A stretch of 64,000 nt of DNA from Candidatus Aenigmatarchaeota archaeon (GTDB lineage: Archaea > Aenigmatarchaeota > Aenigmatarchaeia > Aenigmatarchaeales > JACQIB01), in NCBI GenBank assembly GCA_016198755.1, contig JACQIB010000005.1:176931-240930 (forward strand), read 5' to 3'. A program made the position numbers and the translations under genes. The notes under the pieces are model-generated. The model was not told the DNA's origin, did no database searches, and saw only the letters and a program-made list of their open reading frames with translations. Within the stretch, counting starts at the first letter, position 1. Every line of letters begins with the position of its first letter. Of the stretch, positions 44,185 to 52,981 are shown in pieces.

Positions 44185-44314
44185 TGGTGGGCCCGCTGTG
44201 ATTTGAAATCCTGCTTTGCAGACACAGGTCGCCAGCATTTCGGCTTCTCTTAAGCTTGAGTGTCCCCAAGCTGGTATCCTACCATTCTAGCGCATGTAGC
44301 TAGACTACGGGCCC
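44185..44314 (-). tRNA. tRNA-Pro (anticodon GGG) with three putative introns (13, 26, 15 nt), CCA encoded
   Basis: Minus strand: GGGCCCG TA GTCT AG[CTACATGCGCTAG]AATGGTA GGAT A CCAGC TTGGGG[ACACTCAAGCTTAAGAGAAGCCGAAA]T GCTGG CGAC CTGTG[TCTGCAAAGCAGGAT]TTCAAAT CACAG CGGGCCC A CCA. Confidence 0.8.
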
Positions 44315-44336
44315 AGATATATTCTACTTAAAGTAG

Positions 44337-44346
44337 GTTTAAATAT
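44337..44346. promoter_or_regulatory. near-palindromic TATA element (GTTTAAATAT) positioned for both tRNA-Pro (minus) and the 44368 gene (plus)
   Basis: About 23 nt from the tRNA-Pro 5' end and about 23 nt from ATG 44368. Confidence 0.45.
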
Positions 44347-44367
44347 GAAAACATTCATATCACTACA

Positions 44368-45066
44368 ATGAAAATAATTTTGGTGATGCTCTCTTTGGTG
44401 GTGGTAGCTGGCTGTACAATAGGTAGCAAATCTGTCGGCAATGTTCCTGAAGAGGTTTTTAAGAACTGGCTAGTTAGCTCCGGGCTTTTTACTACCGATT
44501 ATGTGAATCAGCACTTTACAAATTTTATTGTAACTGGTGAAGTGAAGGTGGAAGATAAGTGTCCTTCAAGTAAAATACAAACAAAAAAGAATGTTGTAGA
44601 AAATATAATAACGTTGGAATGCAAAGAACCAAACGAAAATACATTTAATATATATAAAATAGATAAAAGGTTTTTGGGCTATTCTGTTGTGTCTGTGAGA
44701 TATTCTGTTGTTGTGGATGGGATAGATTTATGCTCTGCCATAGAATGCAGTGCAGACATTTACAAATCTCCGGATGGTAATATGACGGATATCAAATATG
44801 TATATGGAGTGCTGCGGGAATACCCAGTTAAAGTTTCCAGGGAACAGGCTATTGAAATAATGAAAAGAGACGCTGATTGTAAATATGCAAATCCTTCACT
44901 ATCTTTGGGGGGTCCTAATGACAGGTATACTATCAATAAAGGGTTGGAACTCAGCAGCTATCCTTTCCTTTGGTCTGGTGCTGTAGCTGTGAATGGTTTT
45001 TGTAGCTTCAGTTGTACGGTAGATATAAATAGCGGTGCTTTCTATAAAGAAAAGGCTTGCATATAG
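44368..45066 (+). CDS. putative lipoprotein, unknown function
   Basis: 232 aa; signal plus lipobox-like LSLVVVAGC. AT-rich gene. Confidence 0.5.
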   Translation: MKIILVMLSLVVVAGCTIGSKSVGNVPEEVFKNWLVSSGLFTTDYVNQHFTNFIVTGEVKVEDKCPSSKIQTKKNVVENIITLECKEPNENTFNIYKIDKRFLGYSVVSVRYSVVVDGIDLCSAIECSADIYKSPDGNMTDIKYVYGVLREYPVKVSREQAIEIMKRDADCKYANPSLSLGGPNDRYTINKGLELSSYPFLWSGAVAVNGFCSFSCTVDINSGAFYKEKACI

Positions 45067-45133
45067 GTTTGTTATTACTCTATCTTTCTCTTTATTTCTT
45101 CAATGTTATTAATACATATCAATATGCACAAAA

Positions 45134-45598
45134 TCACTGCTTCTTTTTCATGAATTTGTAAGCCATAATAATGTGGTTTTTAACCTGCGGCGGAAAGTCA
45201 AAGTTTTTCAGCTCTTTAATATCCACCCATTTGCAGCTTATAGTGTCGTCAAGCGGCCTTGCTTTTCCTGACTTGTACCTGCATGCAAAAACAAGCTCAA
45301 CCACATGCTCACCTGTTGAGCGGATAAATGTATTATTAACAACTAAATGAACATTATTTTTAATAGCCACTCCAACCTCTTCCTTAATCTCCTTTCTCAG
45401 AGTTTTTTCAATGACTCCATATACACCACCTTTGGTTTTTTCAACCTTTCCCCCAGGTATTGTCCACTTGCCAGGCATGTGAGTTTCCTTCCAGCTCCTC
45501 TGGGAAATTAGAACTTTATCTCCCCTGAAAACTGCGCCGTTTACAAGAAGTACATGCAGTTTATTTTTTGCTGAATCATATACTTTTCCTTTATTCAC
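45134..45598 (-). CDS. NUDIX hydrolase
   Basis: 154 aa; Nudix box GGKVEKTKGGVYGVIEKTLRKEIKEEVGV. Confidence 0.85.
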   Translation of the reverse strand: MNKGKVYDSAKNKLHVLLVNGAVFRGDKVLISQRSWKETHMPGKWTIPGGKVEKTKGGVYGVIEKTLRKEIKEEVGVAIKNNVHLVVNNTFIRSTGEHVVELVFACRYKSGKARPLDDTISCKWVDIKELKNFDFPPQVKNHIIMAYKFMKKKQ

Positions 45599-45676
45599 AA
45601 TAAACTGTTTCGCAAAGCCTGCTTAAATACAAAGCTATTTATTAATTAGCGAATCAAAAATGTGGCTGGGAATAAA

Positions 45677-46393
45677 ATGGATTATTTGATTTTTGCACTG
45701 GCGGGTGTAACATTCCTGTCAACACTGGCTGGAGGAGCTCTGGCTTTAAAGAATAGAAAAATGCTTCCTTACCTGTTTGCATTTGCTGCAGGGAGTTTAA
45801 TTGCGGTTTCTATGCTTGATCTGCTTCCTGAAAGCCTTTCTCTCGCCTCCTCAATAAACATGCCAATAAGGTATCCGCTGATAGCTGTTGTTGTTTCCTT
45901 TCTTGTCTACAGCCTTTTGGAAAGGTTTTTCCTTACACACCACCATGATGATGAACATCCGCACATAATGGGACCTGTTGGGGCTGGGGGGCTTGTTTTG
46001 CATAGTTTTCTGGACGGTGCAGCAATAGGCGCAGCCTACCAGATAAACCCTTCTATAGGTCTGGTAGTGGCATTGGCAGTGATTTTCCATGATTTTACTG
46101 ATGGAGTAAACACTGTAACTTTAATGCTGAAAAATAAGCATTCAATTAAAAATTCCATGTTGTTTTTGGGCGCAGATGCTTTAGCTCCTGTTATTGGAGT
46201 TTTGTTTACATCCTTTGTTTCAATAAGCCAGAATTGGCTCTCTCTTTTACTTGCATTCTTTGTAGGTGAGTTCCTGTATATAGGGGCAGCTAACCTTTTA
46301 CCAGAAACATACAAACATGGACAGGCAAAAGAAATGATGCTTGCTATGGGGCTGGGAATAGGTATAATTTTAGTTCTTACTTCTTTGGTTTGA
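45677..46393 (+). CDS. ZIP family metal (zinc) transporter
   Basis: His-rich loop HHHDDEHPH, plus HSFLDGAAIG and HDFTDGV motifs typical of ZupT/ZIP. Confidence 0.8.
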   Translation: MDYLIFALAGVTFLSTLAGGALALKNRKMLPYLFAFAAGSLIAVSMLDLLPESLSLASSINMPIRYPLIAVVVSFLVYSLLERFFLTHHHDDEHPHIMGPVGAGGLVLHSFLDGAAIGAAYQINPSIGLVVALAVIFHDFTDGVNTVTLMLKNKHSIKNSMLFLGADALAPVIGVLFTSFVSISQNWLSLLLAFFVGEFLYIGAANLLPETYKHGQAKEMMLAMGLGIGIILVLTSLV

Positions 46394-46399
46394 ACTGTT

Positions 46400-46930
46400 T
46401 TAAGAAACATAGATTATTGTTGTAAACTTGTTGTTTCCTTCATTAGACTCTGCAATCCTGTTGTCTGGATCAACAAAAGCAATAACCTCGTAGTTGCCGG
46501 GTATTTTTGCAGAAACATTGCATGAAGCCTGATATATTTTCCCTGGCATAGTCTCAAAATAGCCTGTTGGACCTGGGTATACACAAGCATATTTAGCGCT
46601 TGAGTTTGTTGGCAAAGAATAATCTACTCTTACACGCACACCGGTAACATTTACTTCCCCTGTATTCAGCACATACATTAGAGGTTTTCTGTTTCCATCC
46701 TCAAAACTCACTATCTCAACAGTAAGGTCTGGCTTTGGCTGGATTGTAGTAGTGGTTGTGGTTTTTGCTGTAGTTGCAGTTTCATTGACTATAGTTGCTG
46801 TCGTAGTTGTAGGTGAGGCTGCTGTTGTAGTTGTTGTGGTTGTGTCTGCTACCGCATTCCCGGTTGCTTGTGAAGTGCAGCCTGCTGCCAGCGCAACTAA
46901 AATTAAGGCAGTGACAATTAACTTTACCAT
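46400..46930 (-). CDS. lipobox-bearing surface protein with Thr-rich linker and CARDB-like domain
   Basis: 176 aa; LVALAAGC, T-runs and C-terminal ..FVDPDNRIAESNEGNN.. typical of CARDB. Confidence 0.6.
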   Translation of the reverse strand: MVKLIVTALILVALAAGCTSQATGNAVADTTTTTTTAASPTTTTATIVNETATTAKTTTTTTIQPKPDLTVEIVSFEDGNRKPLMYVLNTGEVNVTGVRVRVDYSLPTNSSAKYACVYPGPTGYFETMPGKIYQASCNVSAKIPGNYEVIAFVDPDNRIAESNEGNNKFTTIIYVS

Positions 46931-46963
46931 GCTTTTCCTTCGTTAGAAATCCTTATAAGCTTA

Positions 46964-47159
46964 TCAGCGCCTGAATTTTGACATCTGCTGAAGCAGGTCT
47001 ACATGCGTTAAGAAAAGTGAGCGGCAGCAAAATCTTTTCACTCCTAAATCATCCATAACTTTCTTTGCCTCCTCTCCGGACTCTACCCTCTTCTGGTAGC
47101 CCTCCCAGAGCTGTGCTACTGGCTTCCCGCAGCTAAAGACAGCGGATTGGTATCAACAT
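46964..47159 (-). pseudogene. rpoN: RNA polymerase subunit N (Rpo10) with apparent 1-nt frameshift after codon 7
   Basis: ATG 47159: MLIPIRC then C TTT AGC TGC... The +1 frame reads FSCGKPVAQLWEGYQKRVESGEEAKKVMDDLGVKRFCCRSLFLTHVDLLQQMSKFRR*. Together these match the RpoN consensus M-I-I-P-V-R-C-F-S-C-G-K, but the ATG frame hits TAG at codon 9. Confidence 0.7.
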
Positions 47160-47160
47160 T

Positions 47161-48501
47161 CTATCCTTCCCTCCTTAATTCTGTTATTCCTTTTGGTGTC
47201 ATATAAACTCTCTTTGGATAGTCAGTACACTCAACGTATTTAAACCTTTCCAAAAATTTAATTTGAGCATATAATTTTCTCCTGTTTATAATTTTAGCCA
47301 ATTCTGTTATTCTCTTTCCTTCATTATTTTTTACTATATATAATATATTGGTGAATTTTTTATCCAAGTGTCCGTCGCCTAAACAAAGCAGTCTTGCTTT
47401 GTTTTTTTTATCTTCCTGCTTAAGGAAAGGCAATATTAAAGTTGAGACTGCTAATGTATTGTTTGTTATCAAAGAACCACCATCATATCTATTAAACATA
47501 TTATATTTTTTTAAATATTTCTCATAAATCTTTACTTTTTCCATGTTTTGACAAGCCCATCTAAAATAATTATCCTCGAACGATACATTGCCTTCTGCAT
47601 CAAATAAACCCGCAAAGAAAATGTTTCTATATGGCAACAGCCTTAATACTGTATCTAGATTCTTATTAAGGTAGTCGAAAAACTTTTTAAGTATGCCATT
47701 TACTGAATATACGCAAACAACCCAATCCCCTTTTGGTAGATTTACTCTGGATACTTTACAAAATTTAAAGTGAAAATTAGGTATTTTTAGTTTTTTGGGA
47801 TTTTTATAAAGGTACAGTTCGTATTTAGGTTTTTGATAAATATTATGTTCCAAATATTTATGTGACCAATTAAGTAATGACATAGACTTATTAATTATAC
47901 CTACTCTTCCACCTCCCACTCTATCGCCACACCAAAGACCAAAAAAGTAGTGAAAATTAGAATCTAACGATACTTTTCTTGGCAATGTTATAGTAAAATG
48001 GTGCTTCTTTCCTTTTGTATAAATTGTGTGTTTTATTGTTAATTTGTTACCATCTTTTTTTATATTTTCTAAAGTTTTGGTTCCAAAATATACAAGCTTT
48101 TTATAAGAATTAAACCATTTCTCTAAATCTATAAAATCTCCATCTATAACGTCTTCTATGTGGGGTATTTCTGATCTCCATTTTTTAAGTTGTTCTCTTC
48201 TGCATGCTCTCCCTATAATTAGACCTTTATGCCTAAGTTCTTTTGGCTTGTAATATATTACTATATTATTTTGTAATGCATCTTCATTTATTTTGAGTAG
48301 TCTTATACATAATTTTAATACTTGTAATGAAATGGCGACATTTTGTTTATTTTTATAGGAGTATAGTGATGGACTCGAAATTTTTAATTTCCTTAATAGA
48401 AATTTGCGTCCGTATAGATTGATTAATTTGCTGAACAATGTTGCTCTAAAATCATTTTTAAGAACTATCATTTCATCATTTTCATGATATTTATTTATCA
48501 T
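47161..48501 (-). CDS. LAGLIDADG homing-endonuclease-like protein (second, unrelated subfamily)
   Basis: 446 aa; motifs FFGLWCGDRVGGG and FAGLFDAEGNVS, HTH-like N-terminal region. Very AT-rich. Stop TAG 47161..47163 is 1 nt from the rpoN ATG. Confidence 0.75.
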   Translation of the reverse strand: MINKYHENDEMIVLKNDFRATLFSKLINLYGRKFLLRKLKISSPSLYSYKNKQNVAISLQVLKLCIRLLKINEDALQNNIVIYYKPKELRHKGLIIGRACRREQLKKWRSEIPHIEDVIDGDFIDLEKWFNSYKKLVYFGTKTLENIKKDGNKLTIKHTIYTKGKKHHFTITLPRKVSLDSNFHYFFGLWCGDRVGGGRVGIINKSMSLLNWSHKYLEHNIYQKPKYELYLYKNPKKLKIPNFHFKFCKVSRVNLPKGDWVVCVYSVNGILKKFFDYLNKNLDTVLRLLPYRNIFFAGLFDAEGNVSFEDNYFRWACQNMEKVKIYEKYLKKYNMFNRYDGGSLITNNTLAVSTLILPFLKQEDKKNKARLLCLGDGHLDKKFTNILYIVKNNEGKRITELAKIINRRKLYAQIKFLERFKYVECTDYPKRVYMTPKGITELRREG

Positions 48502-48576
48502 ATAATTACCTTAATACTTACATCTTATAGGTATTAGAATACTGACTTAAATATATTAATATATTGTAAAGTATAT

Positions 48577-49017
48577 TTAGCGCTTACTGCGTTGTTTATG
48601 CCTGCGTGGCCCGGCTTTTGACCTTGAAGGCTTGTGAGGCTCGTTTCTTCTGAAATCTGAAACTAAAAGTGTTCTGTCATACTGTAAAAAGGGCTGTTTA
48701 AGATCCTTATGAAAACCTAACAAAGAAAGTGCGATTGCCTGCCTTACTGCTTCAGCCTGGCCAATAATTCCCCCGCCTGAAACATTAACTGAAATGTCAA
48801 CATCTTTTCCCTTTTCACCAGCCAAAATCAATGGCTCGCTCATCATTAACCTTGGAAGCTCTGGAAAAACTTCAAGTGGAGCAGAGTTCACAACAACCTT
48901 TCCTGTCCCAATCCTTGCAACCGCGCGTGCAATAGCAGCCCTTCTTGCACCGGTAACCAAAACCCTTTTCTCAGGCTTTTTTTTCTGCTCTTTTTTCTCT
49001 GTTTGCTGATTTTCCAT
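48577..49017 (-). CDS. rps9: 30S ribosomal protein S9 (uS9)
   Basis: 146 aa; GGGIIGQAEAVRQAIALSL...DFRRNEPHKPSRSKAGPRRHKQRSKR. Confidence 0.9.
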   Translation of the reverse strand: MENQQTEKKEQKKKPEKRVLVTGARRAAIARAVARIGTGKVVVNSAPLEVFPELPRLMMSEPLILAGEKGKDVDISVNVSGGGIIGQAEAVRQAIALSLLGFHKDLKQPFLQYDRTLLVSDFRRNEPHKPSRSKAGPRRHKQRSKR

Positions 49018-49449
49018 TTATTCCCACCTTGGCTTTGCGCCCAGTGATTTTGAAAGATCACCGATAGTAATATACTTGCTCTCTATATCCTCAATAGTTT
49101 TGGCATTTATTTTCACTGCTTTTTCTTTTAGATTATCAGGGTCTCCCATGAAAACCTTTAGCCTTTTCAGTGCTGTTTCTCCCCTTGATTGCTTATATGG
49201 CAGCATTCCCCTCACAACTCTTTTCAGTATCATGTCAGGATAGCGCGGGTAGAAAGGTCCTTTAATCCTGTCTCCCCTTTCCCTTTTATCATAAAACCTG
49301 TTTTCTATAACGCCTTTTTCCCCTGTTATAATTGCATTTTCAGCGTTTATCACAACAATAGTTTCCCCTTCCAAAAGCCTTTTAGCTAAAACAGTTGCAA
49401 GCCTTCCCATAACAGCTCCGTCTGCATTTACAACAATCATTTTTCTCAC
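49018..49449 (-). CDS. rpl13: 50S ribosomal protein L13 (uL13)
   Basis: 143 aa; VVNADGAVMGRLATVLAKRLL...MLPYKQSRG pattern. Confidence 0.9.
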   Translation of the reverse strand: MRKMIVVNADGAVMGRLATVLAKRLLEGETIVVINAENAIITGEKGVIENRFYDKRERGDRIKGPFYPRYPDMILKRVVRGMLPYKQSRGETALKRLKVFMGDPDNLKEKAVKINAKTIEDIESKYITIGDLSKSLGAKPRWE

Positions 49450-49799
49450 TTTAAAATCCTGATTTTTGCCTTTGATTTTTTAACTTCCTCTATTCCCAAA
49501 GCCTTTCCGCCTGCCTTTTCTATTGCTTTGCGCGCGGAAGCTGAAAAGCCTGAAGCATAAACAGTAAGTTTTTTGCTAATAGAACCTGGACCCAGAACCT
49601 TTCCTGGCACAGCAACAGTCTCTCCCTCTTCTGCTATCCTTTCCAGTCTGGAAACAGAAAGCTCAGGCTTCTGGTTCTCTGGCCTGTTTAGCTCCTTTCC
49701 TAGGGCAAGCAAAAACTTATCTCCTTTAAACCCTTCCTGCTTTAGCTCTCTTATTGTTTCCTGAAGCAAAGGGTTTGTAGGCCCTGTTGGCTTTGGCAT
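49446..49799 (-). CDS. rpl18e: 50S ribosomal protein L18e
   Basis: 117 aa; MPKPTGPTNPLLQETIRELK.. and position upstream of L13-S9. Confidence 0.85.
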   Translation of the reverse strand: MPKPTGPTNPLLQETIRELKQEGFKGDKFLLALGKELNRPENQKPELSVSRLERIAEEGETVAVPGKVLGPGSISKKLTVYASGFSASARKAIEKAGGKALGIEEVKKSKAKIRILK

Positions 49800-49862
49800 A
49801 GGCTATAGAAGGTTTATGAAGGTTTATATAGGTTTCTGCACTGCCCGAGAAGTAAGCTGCAA

Positions 49863-51134
49863 CTACCTTATCCATGCCTCGTTGGCTGCAGGTGGTGTTA
49901 ATGGACACTCTCTTACTCCTGTGGCAAGGCTTATTTCTGTGTCTGACAACAATCTTAGAAATATATGGATATTCTGTTCGCGGTCATAATAACAAACAGT
50001 ATTTCCGGCTGTTACCTTTTCAGGCTTGACAACGCCTGCGTTTGCATCGCGGATGAAAAATCTGGGCTGGTTATCCCTGACAATTTCCAAATCAACCATA
50101 TCTGCAAAGCTGGCAACAGCCAGCCTGGAACCCTGCACTTCAGTTGAATTTCCCTGAAACCATCCGCCAGAAAGTGTTCCAGGAATGTCCCTGGAAACTG
50201 TGCGGCAACTGGGCTTGTCACTGTCCCTTGATTTTAACAGTAAAGAATAATATTCACTTTTCAGATTATCTGTATAGTAGTCATATGGACAAACGCCATG
50301 TTTTGAATGATCAGAAGTCCATCTGGAAGGGTTGATAAAAGTTTCATTGTGTGCAGTGTTCAGAACAAAGAAGTCCCAATTTCCATTAATAAAATTCCTG
50401 TCCGTATATCCGACCAATTCACCTGCAGTCACAGGAATGGAAACCATGGCCCCTGTTCCTGTATTGTTGGCTGGAGTAGCAGGTGAAACTCCCTTAAACC
50501 TATCAGCAATAGCTGCCAAATGATCGAACGCGTAGGTTACTTCACAGCTTACTTGAAAATCAAGGCGATATTCAGCACGTACCATCTGGTCGCGAAGGGT
50601 GCGGTTAGAATATGTTATTTTTTTCAGTGTGGAATTAATTGGAGCGTATACAGGAACCAGAACAGTGCTATTTTCCTGTTTCATATTTATATAGGTGCGC
50701 ACCTGTGTTCCGGGGTTCCCAAATGGGAGGTTGCCAACAGGGAAAATGTTCAGGATTTTTGAATTGTCTGTAAAAGCTGCTGTAAATGTTGGGTTTGGGT
50801 TGCTTGTGCATGTTTCTTTTATTGGTTCTATCTTTAATGTGGTTCCTGTCTGGTTGTTTTGCTGTGGCTGGATGGAAGTCTGTGATTGTATGACTATTTC
50901 ACACAGTGCATTGTTTTTATTTTGCTCACAGTAGGAAATACAGCGTCCCATGTTTGACAGGCAGAAATATGCGCACTCAGCCTCCCCAGAGCAGAGGCTG
51001 CCTAATGAGAGGGTGGATGTATTGGATCCTTTTTCTGCTTGCCCTTTTCCAGCAAGCTGCTGTGTGCATCCGCTGGCCAGGACTATAAAAACAACTGAAA
51101 CAACCAGTATCAGCAATCCTGTGTTTGTTTTCAT
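49863..51134 (-). CDS. secreted/lipobox protein with N-terminal Cys-rich segment, unknown function
   Basis: 423 aa; signal plus LASGC, then CSGEAECAYFCLSNMGRCISYCEQNKNNALC. The rest is unassigned. Confidence 0.55.
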   Translation of the reverse strand: MKTNTGLLILVVSVVFIVLASGCTQQLAGKGQAEKGSNTSTLSLGSLCSGEAECAYFCLSNMGRCISYCEQNKNNALCEIVIQSQTSIQPQQNNQTGTTLKIEPIKETCTSNPNPTFTAAFTDNSKILNIFPVGNLPFGNPGTQVRTYINMKQENSTVLVPVYAPINSTLKKITYSNRTLRDQMVRAEYRLDFQVSCEVTYAFDHLAAIADRFKGVSPATPANNTGTGAMVSIPVTAGELVGYTDRNFINGNWDFFVLNTAHNETFINPSRWTSDHSKHGVCPYDYYTDNLKSEYYSLLLKSRDSDKPSCRTVSRDIPGTLSGGWFQGNSTEVQGSRLAVASFADMVDLEIVRDNQPRFFIRDANAGVVKPEKVTAGNTVCYYDREQNIHIFLRLLSDTEISLATGVRECPLTPPAANEAWIR

Positions 51135-51210
51135 TTTAGAACATTGTTTTTCCTACTATAATAATCTTCTAAGAATGAAGCCTTATAAAGTTTCAATGTT
51201 AATCCGTGAC

Positions 51211-51774
51211 ATGGTAAGGATAAACAAACCTGTTCCTGAGATGGAATTTGAAGCTTTTCAGGATAATGATACAAAGAAGTTAAATTTTTCAGGTTTTAAG
51301 GGAAAGTGGATTGTGCTTGTTTTCTATCCTGCAGACTTTACATTTATCTGCCCAACTGAACTGGAAGAAGCTGCCAATCTATATAAAGATTTTCAGGCGT
51401 TGGGCGCTGAAATTCTTTCAGTAAGCACAGACACTGTTTTTGTGCACAAGGCATGGCATGACTCTTCTCCTGCAATAAAAAAGGTTAATTTCCCGATGGT
51501 AGCTGATCCAACAGGAAAGATTTGTAGGGAATTTGGAACCTATATTGAGGATGAGGGGCTTTCCCTGAGAGCCAGTTTTATTATAGATCCTGACGGAGTT
51601 TTAAAATCCATGGAAATGCACTCAAACAATGTTGGACGGAGTGTAAAGGAAATTTTAAGGAAACTTACTGCTTTGACTTATGTACGCGAAAATAAAGGGG
51701 AAGTTTGTCCTGTTAACTGGGAACCTGGGAAAAAGACACTGAAACCTGGATTGGATTTGGTTGGTAAAATCTAA
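51211..51774 (+). CDS. 2-Cys peroxiredoxin (AhpC/Prx1 type)
   Basis: Trimmed to ATG 51211. Peroxidatic FYPADFTFICPTE and resolving GEVCPVNW. Confidence 0.9.
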   Translation: MVRINKPVPEMEFEAFQDNDTKKLNFSGFKGKWIVLVFYPADFTFICPTELEEAANLYKDFQALGAEILSVSTDTVFVHKAWHDSSPAIKKVNFPMVADPTGKICREFGTYIEDEGLSLRASFIIDPDGVLKSMEMHSNNVGRSVKEILRKLTALTYVRENKGEVCPVNWEPGKKTLKPGLDLVGKI

Positions 51775-51831
51775 GGCGTGGTATAAAGCTTTATATTGGT
51801 TGGGTGCAAAAACTATAACGGTGTTATAATT

Positions 51832-52413
51832 ATGGCATTTGTTGCGCAAAACTTTGATATGTTGCTGGGAACAGCTGGTTTTAGCGAAACCCTTCTGAAA
51901 AACCACTTTACTTTGTATCAGGGATATGTAACAAATTCTAACAAACTTTCAGATATTCTTGCTGTAATGGCAAAGGAAGGGAAGACTGGACCAGAGTTTG
52001 CTGAGTTAAAAAGAAGGTTTGGTTGGGAGTTTAATGGGATGAGATTACACGAGCTTTATTTTGGGAATATGGTTAAAGAAGGAAAGGCTGTTAATCAGAA
52101 CTCTGCTTTGTACAAGAAAATTATTGAAGATTTTGGCTCATGGGAAAACTGGGAAAAGGATTTTAAATCTCTTGGAGCAATGAGGGGAATAGGCTGGGCA
52201 ATACTTTATTATGACCCGCAGAGCAAAAGGCTTTTTAATGTCTGGATAAATGAGCATGATGTTGGGCACTTGTCTGGAGCTGTTCCCTTGCTGGTGCTGG
52301 ATATTTTCGAGCATGCCTATATGCTGGATTATGGGTTAAAAAGAACTGACTATATTGAAGCTTTTTTTAAGGCTGTTGACTGGGCTGTTGTAGAGAGAAG
52401 GTTTTTAGAGTGA
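51832..52413 (+). CDS. Fe/Mn superoxide dismutase family protein
   Basis: Trimmed to ATG 51832. NHFTLYQGYV, GIGWAIL and DIFEHAYMLDY match the SOD N- and C-terminal domains. Confidence 0.8.
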   Translation: MAFVAQNFDMLLGTAGFSETLLKNHFTLYQGYVTNSNKLSDILAVMAKEGKTGPEFAELKRRFGWEFNGMRLHELYFGNMVKEGKAVNQNSALYKKIIEDFGSWENWEKDFKSLGAMRGIGWAILYYDPQSKRLFNVWINEHDVGHLSGAVPLLVLDIFEHAYMLDYGLKRTDYIEAFFKAVDWAVVERRFLE

Positions 52414-52417
52414 TTTG

Positions 52418-52981
52418 ATGGGTTTGGAATATGGCAGCCCGGCAGCCAGAAAATTTATCACAACTATTGGGCTGATAACTTCTGATGGTCCATGGGGGCC
52501 GAACATAATGGCTGCAGAGTGGACTCACCATATCTCTTATAACCCGGGATTAATTGCTGTTTTTCCAAGGCCCTCGAGAGCCACTACAGAAAACATAAAG
52601 AAAACAAAAGTTTTTGGGGTTAACATTGCTGCTATAGATCAAAATGTTATTTCCAGCATAGCTGGAGGGAACACTGGGAAAGAAATTGATAAAATTGCTG
52701 TCCTGAAGGAGTTGGGGTTTGAATTCTACCCTGCCAAAAAAATAAAGGTTTTAATGGTTAAAGGAGCTGCAGCCAATATAGAGTGCAAGCTTGTTAAAAC
52801 AGTAAAGCTGGGGGACCACACAATGTTTGTTGGGAAAGCTTTAGAAGTTTCCTCTATAGAGAAAGAGTCCATAGCCTACAATGGAGGCAAATACTATAGG
52901 CTTGGTGAAAAGATAGAGAAGCCCCCGCAAGAGGTGCTGGACAAGATTGCAATAACTCTTGAGAGGCATAAAAAGAAATAG
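52418..52981 (+). CDS. flavin reductase-like (FMN-binding split barrel) protein
   Basis: ITTIGLITSDGPWGPNIMAAEWTHHISYNPGLIAV pattern. Confidence 0.7.
   Translation: MGLEYGSPAARKFITTIGLITSDGPWGPNIMAAEWTHHISYNPGLIAVFPRPSRATTENIKKTKVFGVNIAAIDQNVISSIAGGNTGKEIDKIAVLKELGFEFYPAKKIKVLMVKGAAANIECKLVKTVKLGDHTMFVGKALEVSSIEKESIAYNGGKYYRLGEKIEKPPQEVLDKIAITLERHKKK

Noticed and set aside
44152-44238. N-terminal 29 codons of track ORF 42931..44238
   Set aside because: They are antisense to tRNA-Pro. The ATG at 44151 starts the HD-domain protein.
49800-49870. Search for an att-type direct repeat of the tRNA-Leu 3' end (tggtgcgggggaagagag) at the far border of the accessory block
   Set aside because: No match is visible. 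The spacer instead holds a duplicated AAGGTTTAT promoter-like motif for the rpl18e operon. The block is therefore not called a mobile element, only a synteny break.
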